Shown here one piece after another: positions 27,007-39,690 of a DNA stretch of 64,000 bases. The stretch comes from Octopus vulgaris. Its lineage: Eukaryota. Where the stretch lies: contig OX597836.1 of NCBI GenBank assembly GCA_951406725.2, positions 8,494,001-8,558,000 on the forward strand, read 5' to 3'. The stretch's first letter is position 1. Every line of letters begins with the position of its first letter. The translations under genes were made by a program, and so were the position numbers. The notes under the pieces were generated by a model. It searched no databases and was not told the DNA's origin. It was given only the letters and a program-made list of their open reading frames with translations.

Positions 27007-27259
27007 CAGACAGACAGATAGACACGTATAGTTACGCGCAGGTATAGTTGCAAGTTTGTGCTAAGTTAAACCAGTGATGACACACCTGGAATTTTAAAAC
27101 AAGACAAATTCATTAAAATTATTTATTTTAATCTGGCAGTGAGGAAGGAAAGCAGTCGCCATGGCTCATTAGGGGGCTCCGGGCCGTGTGGGAGGGAAGG
27201 AGGGCAATATCCTCGACCCGGAGACCTGGCATGAATGATTGTATAACGGTTCTTCCCAA

Positions 27260-27455
27260 ATCGGATAGATCCAGAGGACCGGTTTCTTTGACGTGTATAT
27301 TCCTCCGATGGACGGGATGTTGGTCCGTCGCTGGTTGATTCATTTTTTTGCCAGCTGAGTGGACTGGAGCAACGTGAAGTGGCGTCGCCTGATCCAGGAA
27401 TCGAAACCGTTATCTTACGATCATGAGTCCAACACCCTAACCCCTAAGCCACGCG
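27260..27455 (-). mobile_element. SINE family D-related copy, diverged
   Basis: agctgagtggactggagcaacgtgaa...ccctaacccctaagccacgc. Confidence 0.55.
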
Positions 27456-27497
27456 ATCTTGAGAGGACAAACACAGACACGCAAACACACACACACA

Positions 27498-27594
<97 letters not shown>

Positions 27595-27715
27595 GGCCTG
27601 CTCGCTTAGCCAGCGGGATGGCGTCATTTGAAGGTTAAAACAATGCGAAGCGCATTGTGACCAGCGATGTGTAGCAACATCTTATAGCCTGGTCGGTCAC
27701 GGTGATCACGGTGAT
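27595..27715 (+). mobile_element. ~120-bp repeat module inside (TA)n
   Basis: ggcctgctcgcttagccagcggg...ggtcggtcacggtgat; also at 44750-44871 and (minus) 63479-63580. Confidence 0.8.
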
Positions 27716-27722
27716 ATATATA

Positions 27723-27923
27723 TATATGTAAAAAAATACAAACTGGGACAAGAACGCAAAACATTTAGAAGACGATACAAAAAACAAGATTATTCAGCCG
27801 AAATTGCGAGGATGATCCGGTTCTTGACTGAAGATTGAAGGCTTTGAATGTCCCGTCCGTGTTTTTTGTATCGTCTTCTAAATGTTTTGCGTTCTTGTCC
27901 CAGTTTGTATTTTTTTACATATA
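27723..27923. repeat. fold-back element, perfect ~64-bp arms with 73-bp spacer, in TA-rich tract
   Basis: 27723-27786 is the reverse complement of 27860-27923. Confidence 0.9.
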
Positions 27924-27957
27924 CATATATATATAGCGACGCCCGTACCCTTTTGGT

Positions 27958-27987
<30 letters not shown>

Positions 27988-27990
<3 letters not shown>

Positions 27991-28140
27991 GACGGGCTTC
28001 TTTCAGTTTCCGTCTGCCAGATCCACTCACAAGGCTTTGGCCGGTTCGAGGCTATTGCAGAAGACATTTGCCCAAGGTACCACGCAGTGGGACTGAAGCC
28101 GGAACCTTGTAGTTTGGAAGCAAGCTTCTTACCACACAAC
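27988..28140 (-). mobile_element. SINE family A, 5' half
   Basis: Family A match. Confidence 0.78.
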
Positions 28141-28144
28141 CACG

Positions 28145-28445
28145 GCCATTGGGATTGCACCCGGAAACTACCCCTGCGGAGCACATGTTTACGGAAGACC
28201 ATCAGTCACCTATGCATACCAGCCTCGTCTCTCTCCTTGCCACTGATGTTATCCAAGGGAAAGGCAAAGGGGCCGATACAGCTTGGCACCAGTGACGTCA
28301 CAACTCATTTCTACAGATTAGTAAACAGGAGCAACGTGAAATAAAGTGTCTTGCTCAAGAGTACAACACACAGCCGGGCATGGAATCGAACTCGCTACCT
28401 CGTGATTGCGAACCCAACGCTCTAACCACTGAGCCAATTGCCTTC
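28145..28445 (-). mobile_element. SINE family D
   Basis: Reverse-complement homology to 991-1302. Confidence 0.78.
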
Positions 28446-28808
28446 ACATAGCCGGAGGATATGAACCAAACGCCAATGTAGTCTTCGCCGTTTGGTGATG
28501 GGTTTCCCAAACCACTCGGATCCCGCTCTCAACTCGCAACAAGTTCTGTTGTTTATGCTGTTGTTACTTCCCCTCCCCCCTCGTAGTCGTCGTCTCTCTT
28601 CTTCTTCTTCTTCTTCTTCTTCTTCTTCTTCTTCTTCTTCTTCTTCTTCTTCTTCTTCTTCTTCTCCGCCAGATCTTCCTTTAAAATGTATTTTGAGAGT
28701 ATCATAAGCATAAAAAGCAGTCAATTTAATGCCAGACAGCATTGAATGGGAGAGGCGTCAACGGTTTCAGCAATTTGTCATATATACGGATAACATATAT
28801 ATATATCT

Positions 28809-28941
<133 letters not shown>

Positions 28942-29503
28942 ATGTGTGTATATATATATATATATATACACATACATACATACATACATATATATTTATA
29001 TATATACACACACATTTATGGAATGTATATATAAATACATTTATACACACACACACACATATATATATATACATATACTTATATAGATATTATGCACATA
29101 TATATGCATATACGTGCGCACACACAGGTCCTTAAATGTATGATATACACACGTATACATATATACATATACATGCATTTATATGCACCTATACATACAC
29201 ATACATGTATATAAATACATATACAAGTTATATAGGTGTATATATATGTGTGTTTGTCTGTTTATATATATTGAATATATACATATATCTATATATATAT
29301 GTGCATGTGTATGTGCATGTGTATATATATATATGTGTGTATGTGGATGTGGATATATATATATATATATACATACATAATTCATACATATATACACATA
29401 TACGTATATACATACATATAATGCATACATCCACGCATACACACACGTACACGCAAACACGCATACATAAATAGATGTGCATGCATGTGTCTATGTATGT
29501 TCG

Positions 29504-29539
<36 letters not shown>

Positions 29540-29677
29540 TTTTGTATCGCTCACGTGACATGCTCTTTTTCTTTCTTTCTTTCCTTCTCCAACTGTTTTT
29601 CATCGAATAAAATACTTTACATATTTTCTCCTTTTTCAAACAGAAATATTTGTTGTTCAATATACAAACCCTGATAC

Positions 29678-30199
29678 GGCGGCGAGCTGGCAGAAACGTT
29701 AGCACGCCGGGCGAAATGCGTAGCCGTATTTCGTCTGCCGTTTCGTTCTGAGTTCAAATTCCGCCGAGGTCGACTTTGCCTTTCATCCTTTCGGGGTCGA
29801 TAAATTAAAGTACCAGTTACGCACTGGGATCGATGTAATCAACTTAATCCGTTTGTCTGTCTTTGTTTGTCCTCTCTTTGTTTAGCCCCTTGTGGGTAGT
29901 AAAGAAATAGGTATTTCGTCTGCCGTTACGTTCCGAGTTCAAATTCCGCCGAGGTCGTCGACTTTGTTTTTCATCTTTCGGGGTTGATAAATAAAGTACC
30001 AGTTACGCACTGGGATCGATGTAATCGACTTAATCCGTTTGTCTGTCTTTGTTTGTCCTCTCTTTGTTTAGCCCCTTGTGGATAGTAAAGAAATAGGTAT
30101 TTCGTCTGCCGTTACGTTCCGAGTTCAAATTCCGCCGAGGTCGTCGACTTTGCCTTTCATCCTATCGGGGTCGATAAATTAAGTACCATTTACGCACTG
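29678..30199 (+). mobile_element. SINE family B: one head plus ~2.5 tandem 185-bp bodies
   Basis: gtatttcgtctgccg restarts at 29726, 29911 and 30097. Confidence 0.88.
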
Positions 30200-30385
30200 A
30201 CACAAATAAAAGCTGAAACCTAAAAGAAATGCCCTGTCCGACGCCTTAACGATTCTACGCTTTCGCCGCCCATTTATGAAAATAATATTTTTTCTTGTGT
30301 CGTCTGTATTAAGTTTCAAAGGAAAATATAAGTTGAATAACTGAAACTAAGTGTTCTACAGTGTTGATTCTATTTTTACATCACG

Positions 30386-30426
30386 TGTAGACATGCGTTT
30401 CGATATCTTTGTACCTCTTCAGTACA
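30386..30426 (-). ncRNA. minimal type I hammerhead ribozyme
   Basis: Minus strand tgta-ctgaaga-ggta caaaga tatc-gaaa-cgcatg-tc-taca. Intact core, G10.1-C11.1 pair, GUC triplet. Confidence 0.8.
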
Positions 30427-30697
30427 ACTCAAAGATAATTATATTCCTATTATTAGGAAATTTAAAACAAAATTAAGTTTTCAAACTAATGTATAAACCA
30501 TAAAGGTTCAGATTACTGAATTAGGAGAAAAGGGAGAAAGAGAGAGAGAGAGAGAAGGGAGAGAAGAAGGGAGTGAGAGAGAAAGAGAGGAGGGAGATAG
30601 ATAGATAGATGGAGAGAGAGAGAGAGAGAGAGAAGGGAAAGAAAGAAGGGAGAGAAAATGGGAGTGAGAGAGAAAGGAGACAGACAGACAGACAGGC

Positions 30698-30779
<82 letters not shown>

Positions 30780-31136
30780 GGGGTGGACACTGTACCAAAT
30801 AACTCCATTTAAGATAAATTTCTTGTGCGGTTTTTTCAGAAACCATAATTCATTTTTAAACTAAATTTAATTTTACCGCCCGTTATTGAGTCATCATACC
30901 TCATTCTTCGCGCACACCAAACACACGTGGGTGCGCGTACACACACAGATATGTACGTCTGTGTACATATATAATATATACATATAAATACACTTTATGT
31001 ATGTATATGTATATATACATGTCAATATATATTTATACATATATATAGTCATACGTATAATGTATATGTATATGTATATATATATGTATGTGTGTATATA
31101 TATATATACATTCATGCATGCATACACACATACTTA

Positions 31137-31183
<47 letters not shown>

Positions 31184-31266
31184 TGGTTTTAATTTAATTG
31201 TGTTTAAAAAAATTTTTGCCTTCATAGATTGATTTTAGATTTATCCGATGGAAGTGTGAATATCGC

Positions 31267-31310
31267 CTGATGAAATGGTGTGGTTAAGAATAATGCGAAA
31301 TTATGTAATA
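31267..31310 (+). ncRNA. decayed hammerhead motif
   Basis: ctgatga-(23 nt)-gaaa-ttatgtaa-ta. Boxes and near-palindromic stem III are present; stems I and II no longer pair. Confidence 0.3.
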
Positions 31311-31427
31311 TTATGTCATTTATTATACATTGCTAAATAACCCCGCTTTTGAACGGGTAATGTGATATTTTGAACAGTTCTTTCTCATACATATATACTT
31401 ATACACATATACTTATAAAAATATAAT

Positions 31428-31980
31428 TATAATTAAGGGCGCTGGAATTCCAACGCCTATACGCTAGAAGTTGATGTCAAATGCCTACAATCCACTCTAA
31501 AGTTGTTCTCTATTTATAACCAAAGGTCGAATGCGAGGTAATGGGCAAGAAGATCTACAAAATTTCGGATAATCCTATATCTTAAGATTTCGTGCTCTGT
31601 AATACAAATTACTTTACACTCCTCAGTAGAGATATACACCGACAATATATAAGCGAAAAATACATATATATACCGATAAATTTCTGCATACAGATACCAA
31701 CGTATACATGAATTTCCCGCGTATACATTACATCTAATCGTCCATACCGGCCATGTGGTTAATGCCAGAAATTGTACGGGGTAAATATAGTACCGCAGCA
31801 TAGTATAATGACTAGAGAACTCAAAATCAAAATATACTTATAAATTGAGGATATAATCATTAAAATGATTATATCCTCAATTTATAAGTATATAAAGTAT
31901 AGGCATTGGAATTCCAGCGCCCTTAATTATATACTTAAAAATTAATTTTACCGATATGGTCATTTTTTAAACTCTAGCCA

Positions 31981-31984
<4 letters not shown>
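31428..31984. mobile_element. fold-back PLE pseudo-LTR-like element with hammerhead
   Basis: 35-bp inverted arms 31428-31462/31897-31931 and an internal perfect 30-bp-arm palindrome 31832-31893; ends at a (TA)n tract. Confidence 0.7.
31574..31630 (-). ncRNA. type I hammerhead ribozyme
   Basis: Minus strand tcta-ctgagga-gtgt aaa gtaat ttgt attac aga gcac-gaaa-tcttaaga-ta-tagg. Intact core, two-part stem II, perfect palindromic stem III atcttaagat. Confidence 0.83.
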
Positions 31985-32061
<77 letters not shown>

Positions 32062-32065
<4 letters not shown>

Positions 32066-32595
32066 TTAGGGAATAAATCCAAACTTACAGGGAAAAATCA
32101 GATTTAGGATTGAATCCAATTTTATAGTAAAATATTATATTATATTAAATTAGAGACAAAACCACTATTAGGCAAATTTTATATAATTTATATATATTAG
32201 TCATTTTAAATATCTATGTAATTAGATATAGACTAATATTGATATTAGAATATGGGTTTTCTACCTTATAAATTAAAGTTAATATTTAACATTATAGTCG
32301 ATTTCGATATAATCATATTTAATAATAGAGTTTATTATAAGTAAATCATTTTTTTAGATTATATATATTATTTATATCTTAAAAATATTGATTATATTTT
32401 AGATTTTGAAACCACCTGATGAATGACTGCGACTCAAAAATTTGATGACTGTAGCCAGGATACGATCGTAGTGGATATTAATTATATTTTTTAATAATTG
32501 TTACATATTTAAATAATATAAATTAATTTATGTATTGGCTTAAGTCTTTCATTGTTTGATTTGCCTAATAGTGGTTTTGTCTCTAATTTAATATA

Positions 32596-32600
<5 letters not shown>
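32062..32600. mobile_element. fold-back PLE pseudo-LTR-like element between two (TA)n tracts
   Basis: Perfect 37-bp inverted arms 32141-32177/32559-32595 enclosing a hammerhead motif. Confidence 0.7.
32412..32474 (+). ncRNA. hammerhead ribozyme, GAAA box mutated to GAUA
   Basis: ccac-ctgatga-(imperfect stem II)-gata-cgatcg-ta-gtgg. Stem I ccac/gtgg and palindromic acgatcgt. Confidence 0.6.
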
Positions 32601-32655
<55 letters not shown>

Positions 32656-32809
32656 CATGTATGTATATATAAATATATATTTGCGCATCTATTAACATAC
32701 ATAGATATACATACATCGGTATATATATGTATATAAATACACACACATCGCCCCCACCCAAGCACACATATATTTATGTATACACACACACACATATATA
32801 TATAAATAA

Positions 32810-33006
32810 GGCGGCGAGATGGCACGCCGGGTGAAATGCTTGGCGGTATTTCGTCTGTCTTTACGTTCTGAGTTCAAATTCCGCTGAGGTCGACTTTGCC
32901 TTTCATCCTTTCGGGGTCGATGAATTAAGTTCCAGTTGCGTACTGGGGTCGATCTAATTGACTACCTGCCTCCCCGAAAATTTCGGGTCTTGTGCCTAGA
33001 GTAGAA
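32810..33006 (+). mobile_element. SINE family B (tail variant ...cttgtgcctagagtagaa)
   Basis: ggcggcgag...gagttcaaattcc...gcctttcatcctttcggggtcgat. Confidence 0.82.
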
Positions 33007-33723
33007 AAAAAAAAAAATAATAAAAGATAGCAACATCAGATTTCCTTTGCGTAAACTTCCCACCCGCTCCCAAAACGTACGCTTACACTTGCAAAATACC
33101 CGAACCACCCCACAAACCATCTCACTCCCAGCTAAATACTTTATATTATCTGTGTCGAGCCCTTCACCCTCCAGTTCCATCTCTCATCTAACAATATCTG
33201 TTCCGAGGTGAGAGAAAAAGATAGCAAAAAATATACCCAACAAGATCTGTCGTCCATTGAGAGAGAAAAAAACAAAAAAAAATATACGCTGAAAAACGAA
33301 AGACGAAATATGAGAGATCGAATGATCCCTAAGAAGTGAGAATCAGCGAATTAGAAAAAAAAAGGGGACACTCCTACATCTTTCAAACAGAAATATGAAA
33401 GAAAACCCTATGATACCCTACAAATCTGTGTCTCGCTATATTGTCCCCTCGATTTCAAAGATGGAGGAGTCGAGACGTCAACCTGTGTCTTGAACGAACC
33501 AATGGCCTTACCACCACTGCGCTTCGCTATGTATGGATGGATGGATGTGTGTGTGTGTGTATATGAATGCGTGTATGTATGTATGGGTATATGAATGCAT
33601 GGCTGTGTATGTATATATATATATATATATATAAATATATGTATAGATGAACCGTATGTATACACATACACACAAACACACATCAGCATGACTGCAGCTC
33701 GGAGCTGAAACAAGAAAAACGAA

Positions 33724-33762
<39 letters not shown>

Positions 33763-33898
33763 CGTGTGTGTATGTGTGTGTGTGTGTGTAAGTATGATTG
33801 TATGTATGGATATATGAATACATTTCTGTGTATGTATGTGCGTATGCATGTAAGAATGTACAGATGCACATATGCATGAATAGATGTATGTGTATATA

Positions 33899-33948
<50 letters not shown>

Positions 33949-34544
33949 AATATATTTTAGATGAACCGTATGTATACACACACACACATATATATATATA
34001 TGCATAGATGCACGTATGTATGTATATATGTATGTAGATATGTATGTGTATGCGTATGCACGTACGTTTGTGTGTATGCATATATGTATTCATATGAGTA
34101 TGTATGCTTGCGCGCATGCATGTATGTATGCATGCATGTATGAATGTATGTAAATGTATGTATATGTATGTGTGTATATATATATGTGTGTGTGTGTATG
34201 TGTGAGTGTATGCTTCTGTGTATGTGTTATGCATATATGCATGTGTGTGTGTGTCAGTGTGTGTGTGTGAGAGAGAGCACTGATATGTATTTATACATGT
34301 AAATATTGCGCACATGTGCATGTACGCATGTATGGCTATATATTTATGAGTGTGCATTGCGCGTGCTGCACGCATACATGTACGTGTGCACACACCCGAG
34401 CATACAGAAACAGACGTTCACACACGTATATTTGATGGAACATGCATTTAGCTTTACGGCTATATAATCTACAAATCTATTTATGAATATCTACCTATCT
34501 ATCTATCAATCTATTTATTTACATATGTGTTTATATATTTTCAC

Positions 34545-34609
<65 letters not shown>

Positions 34610-34659
34610 TATATATATATACATATATATATTCATGAATATGTTCACATATATGTATA

Positions 34660-34698
<39 letters not shown>

Positions 34699-35027
34699 TT
34701 ATATATATGTATATATATGTATATATATATAGACGCATGTATGTAGATATACACGCATGCGCACACATATACAAGTGTGCGTGCGTGCATGCGTGTGTGT
34801 GTGTGTGTGTACATGAGGGTGTATGTTTGCATAGATACAGACATTTATCTCACAGAGTTCAAATGGTAGTTTTACCTTTGTCTCGGCAATGTGTTCGACC
34901 GTAAAACATCAATTTGACACCAGCATCTCTTTCTCTCTCTATCTCTCTCTCTCCCCCCTCTATCTCTCTCTCTCACACGCACTATTGAATATGGTTGGGG
35001 CTGAGGCCTTTTTTATGTATGTAGATA

Positions 35028-35427
35028 TTCTTTTATTCCTTTATTTGTTTCAGTCATTTGACTGTGGCCATGCTGGAGCACCGCCTTTAGTCTTATTCTT
35101 TGTAAAGCGTAGTACTTATTCTATCAGTTTCTTTTTCCGAACCCCTAAGTTACGGGGACGTAAACACACCAGCATCGGTTGTCAAGAGATGTTGGTGGTG
35201 GTGGTGGTGGGGTCAAACACAGACACACAAACACACACACACACATATATACATAAACATATTACGACGGGCTTCTTTCAGTTTCCGTCTACCAAATCCA
35301 CTCACAAGGCTTTGGTCGGTCCGAGGCTATAGTAGAAGACACTTGCCCAAGGTGCCACGCAGTGGGACTGAACCCGGAACCATGTGGCTTGTAAGCAAGC
35401 TACTCACCACACAGCCACTCCTGCGCC
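35028..35427 (-). mobile_element. SINE family A, full length
   Basis: Reverse complement of family A. Confidence 0.87.
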
Positions 35428-35444
35428 TAAGATTGTTAAATATT

Positions 35445-35665
35445 GAGTTCAAATTTTGGCACAAGGGCCAGCAAGACCAGCGAAAGGTAAGTTCGGTGTC
35501 ACAAGGCCAGCTAAAGGTAAGTCGATTACATTGACCCCAGTGCTCATCTATTTTATCGATCTCGAGAGGATGAAAAGCAAAATAGATCTCGGCAGAATTT
35601 GAAGTCAGAACGTAGAGCCGGACGAAATGCCGCGAGGCATTTTGTCTGGCGCGATAACAATTCTG
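35445..35665 (-). mobile_element. SINE family B, diverged
   Basis: ctcggcagaatttgaagtcagaacgta...gacgaaatgccg. Confidence 0.65.
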
Positions 35666-35980
35666 TCATCAATAACGTATGTTTATGCATATACACGTAT
35701 GTGAATTATTTAAGGAAAAATTATGAACTGAGCTAAATTATTAAAAATAAAAGGCAAAGAAAAAACTGATGAAGAATTGATGACATAGGGATGCATACGT
35801 GTATGTATTTATGTATGAATATATGACGAGATAAGCAAACTTATTCGCAAATACATCGCCTGTTCCCTTTATTGAACACATATGGCTATACAGAAAATGC
35901 ACCAGAAGTTGTGATCTATGTCTTTCGGAGAAGCATTACATCATATTATACCTCATTTTCAACTACCTATTACCTCAATA

Positions 35981-36041
35981 CACTTGACTAATATAGGCAG
36001 AATGTGATGCTTTTATCTATGGGCTGAAACAGCTGTAAGTG
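35981..36041 (+). ncRNA. decayed hammerhead motif
   Basis: cact-tgactaa-...-gaaa-cagctg-ta-agtg. Stem I and palindromic stem III are intact; the first box is decayed. Confidence 0.35.
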
Positions 36042-36223
36042 ATTTTTAATAATTTATATTCACGTTTTTTAATAATTGCTTGTATACTTATTTTATATGC
36101 ATAGAATAATATGCTATATGTACGTATTTTATTATAATTATCATTTTAATTAATAAATAAGTTAACATTTTAACGTCCTAATGTTGATGAACTAACTATT
36201 GTGCTTCTTCATTTTCTTATTTG

Positions 36224-36301
<78 letters not shown>

Positions 36302-36623
36302 ATGTATGTATATATGTATATGTATGTAAATATAAATATATATACATATGTATGTATGTATGTATGTATATATATGTATCATGTATATGTTCGTGTGTTT
36401 CTCCTTATTTTTAATATAAAAAAGTAGGTCGTGTCTCTTATTAAAGGTATATTTCACATATCCTCATTTTCTTTTCATCATTGTTTTTATTTATTTTTAT
36501 ATATTTATTTATTTATTCATTCATTCATTTTTTACTTCTCTCCCTTCAACGAAGCACCTCTCCAAAGAAAGAGGAGAGAAAGCGACTTTACGAAAGTATA
36601 GGTTAGAACGGCAATTTTTTTCC

Positions 36624-36734
36624 CTTCTTCTTCTTCTTCTTCTTCTTCTTCTTCTTCTTCTTCTTCTTCTTCTTCTTCTTCTTCTTTTTCTTCTTTTTCT
36701 TCTTCTTCTTCTTCTTCTTCTTCTTCTTCTTGTT

Positions 36735-36765
<31 letters not shown>

Positions 36766-36798
36766 TTCTTCTTCTTCTTCTTCTTCTTCTTCTTCTTT

Positions 36799-36837
<39 letters not shown>

Positions 36838-36915
36838 TTCTTCTTCTTCTTCTTCTTCTTCTTCTTCTTCTTCTTCTTCTTCTTCTTCTTCTTCTTCTTC
36901 TTCTTCTTCTTCTTC
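36624..36915. repeat. (CTT)n microsatellite, ~290 bp
   Basis: Seen directly. Confidence 0.95.
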
Positions 36916-38196
36916 GTCTCTCCTTGGGTGGGTGCAGTGTAAGGTCAACACTTTATTCAGCTGTCTAGACGAAAAAGGGACTTCTTGTAGGGATAAATAA
37001 CACAGTGACAACCCCCGTCCAAATTGAAACCCATCGAATATATATAAAGGACGAAGAGGAGGAGAAGACGGGGGCGGGGCGGGGGCGGCGAGGGGAAGAA
37101 CTGAACATGACAGAGAAGAAGAACAAAAAATATCAGAAAAATTCATGGCTAAGACAAATTTGTTCTGAGAAAAGTGAAACATATAGCTTTGATATATTCA
37201 TCAGTGTACTCTGCTATTATCTCGAGAATTCTACAGTCTCCACCACCCACCCCACCCCTCTTTCTCTCCCTACTTCTCCTTACCTCTGGCCCTTTGCCAC
37301 ACCCCACTTCTCTCTTCACTATCGCCCGTTCTTTCGATCTCTGCTTTTTTTCTTTCTTTCTTTCTTTCTTTCTTTCCTTCCTTCCTTCCCTCTGAGACAA
37401 TCTCTTCTTGATTTGCTCTATTTCTTCTTTTGCTCTGCAGAGCGTAAGACACACGCACGCACGCGCGCACACACACATGCACACACGCACACATACAAAC
37501 ATACACTCACAGGCACACTCACACGCAATCTCTCTCTCTCTTTCTGTCACTATATCTATATATCTATCTAATTCACTCTTTCACATGTACACACACATAT
37601 ACACACACACATATATACATACACACATGCACGCATACACTCTCCCTTTTTCTCTCTCTCTCTAATCCTCCCTCCCACACTCTCACGCACACACATATAT
37701 ATATACACGCTCTCTCTCTCTCTCTCTCTCTCTCTGTCCTTGTCTATCTAACTCTCCCCATCACACACTCACACACACACATATATACATACACAGACAC
37801 ATACACACACACACTCTCTCTCTTTCTCTCTCTCCCTTTCTATCTAACTCTCTCTTCCATATGCTCACACACACAAAATAGAGAAACAACTGTTTGTGTG
37901 GTGCTGTGTGTGTGTATTATACTTAGACACACACACACGCATACATACACACACCTATGTGTACGTACATTGATATCTGGTATAATATGTCAATGGTTCG
38001 AATTCCAGTAAGTGATATTTTTCATTAAACCACTTCGGAAGGGATGGAATTCAGAACTTGTACCACTCATTTTTGTATAGTTTTACCAGTTGTTGTTTTT
38101 TTTATTGATCTGGCACTATTTCAATAATGAGGGTCTAAAATAAGGCCGTTCCTCTAAAATAGCTATTTTTAAAATGGAAATATGTGTCACAATATC

Positions 38197-38548
38197 GTGG
38201 CACTCCGTCGGTTGCGACGACGAGGGTTCCAGTTGATCCGATCAACGGAACAGCCTGCTCGCGAAATTAACGTGCAAGTGGCTGAGCACTCCACAGACAC
38301 GTGTACCCTTAAAGTAAGTTCTCGGGGAGATTCAGCTTGACAGAGGTACACGATGAACAGGGAGAAAGAGTGAGAAAAAGTTGTGGTGAAGGAGTACAGC
38401 AGGGTTCGCCACCACCCCCTGCCGGAGTCACGTGGAGCTTTAGGTGTTTTCGCTCAATAAACACTCACAACGCCCGGTCTGGAAATCGAAACCGCGATCC
38501 TACGACCGCGAGTCCGCTGCCCTAACCACTGGGCCATTGCGCCTCCAC
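38197..38548 (-). mobile_element. SINE family C
   Basis: Homologous to 8519-8896. Confidence 0.85.
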
Positions 38549-38569
38549 ATATCGCACTATATTTCTAGA

Positions 38570-38980
38570 ATAAACGGTCTGTTAATAAGGCCGATTTTCT
38601 TATTTTTTATTATTGAAACTTCAAAATCTTTTTTAAAATTTTAAGTAAAAATTTCATGTTTTCATCTTCATATTTTCGCCTAAATTCAAATATCTTTTAA
38701 AATTATAAAGGTTTTTAAGGTCGATTTTCATATTTTCCCCTTAAATATTTGAAAATTCAAAACCCATTATGAAATTCTAAGTAAATTTTTCTAACACCGA
38801 TTTTCCTATTTCCACCTAAAATTTTCGAAAATTCAAAATCCCTTTAAGAATAATAAATAAGCGTCTTAAGAGAGATTTTTATAAATTTCTCCTGAAATAT
38901 TTGAAAATCCATTTTTGAACTATAAATAAATGCTTCAAAGGACGATTTATTCTCTCCCCGCCCAAATATTTCGAAGTTCC
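38570..38980. repeat. degenerate AT-rich minisatellite, ~70-76-bp unit
   Basis: cgattttc...aaatatttgaaaattcaaaa recurs at ~38592, 38722, 38798, 38873 and 38943. Confidence 0.6.
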
Positions 38981-39057
38981 ATGTTCTTAGTGTTCATTTG
39001 TAGCAACTTTCAAGTTGTGTGTGTGTTCTTTTTCTCTTTATAATTGAGGGATAAGTT

Positions 39058-39262
39058 AAAGGCAACGAGCTGGTGGAATCTTTAGCTACGCCGGGCGAAA
39101 TGTTTAGAGGTATTTTGTCTGTCTTCATGTTCTGAGTTCAAATTCCGTTGGAGTCGACTTCGCCTTTCGAGGTCGATAAAATAAGTAGCAGTTGAGTACT
39201 ATGGTCGATGTAATTGACTATTCCCCTCCCTCAAATTTCAGGCCTTGTGCCTATAGTAGAAG
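39058..39262 (+). mobile_element. SINE family B
   Basis: Family B head, body and ggccttgtgcctatagtagaa tail. Confidence 0.78.
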
Positions 39263-39337
39263 TTTAATTTTGACCGGTCACCTATTTGGTAGCAAGGCTT
39301 TGAAGGAGATCATCTCGTTTTGTCCATTATCTTTTGA

Positions 39338-39690
39338 ATCTTAAGAAGGACTTGCAGATATTTTACAGACCCAGATACCATAGCCATTTGTAGCCTATGA
39401 ATTAAAGAGTGGCATTCCTTCTTGAATAACTAAAGTCCAGTCAGATTTTGCTCCAGGAGGGTCGGTATGTATCCTATTGCTCCAATAATAACAGGTACGA
39501 AAACTAGAAGTGTATCTTGGGCACTGGATTTGCAAACTCCTTATTAATGGTTGATAAACATTCTCTTGTATTTTTCTAACTACATTGGTGTTGCGAATAG
39601 CTTATTTCCACAATAGAGCATGTTCTATTTTCTCGTGGTCCCACACAACAATATCTGGCCGGTTGTGTTTTTATCTTGATGGCTATTTTA
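39338..39690 (-). mobile_element. REL-endonuclease LINE C-terminal fragment, decayed
   Basis: Minus-strand translation across frameshifts: HNRPDIVVWD...ENVYQPLIRSLQIQCPRY...VPVIIGAIGYIP...LIHRLQMAMVSGSVK; similar to the protein at 59100-59366. Confidence 0.72.

Noticed and set aside
29678-30199. CRISPR-like array
   Set aside because: The units are near-identical tandem SINE bodies with no unique spacers; the context is eukaryotic and no cas genes are present.
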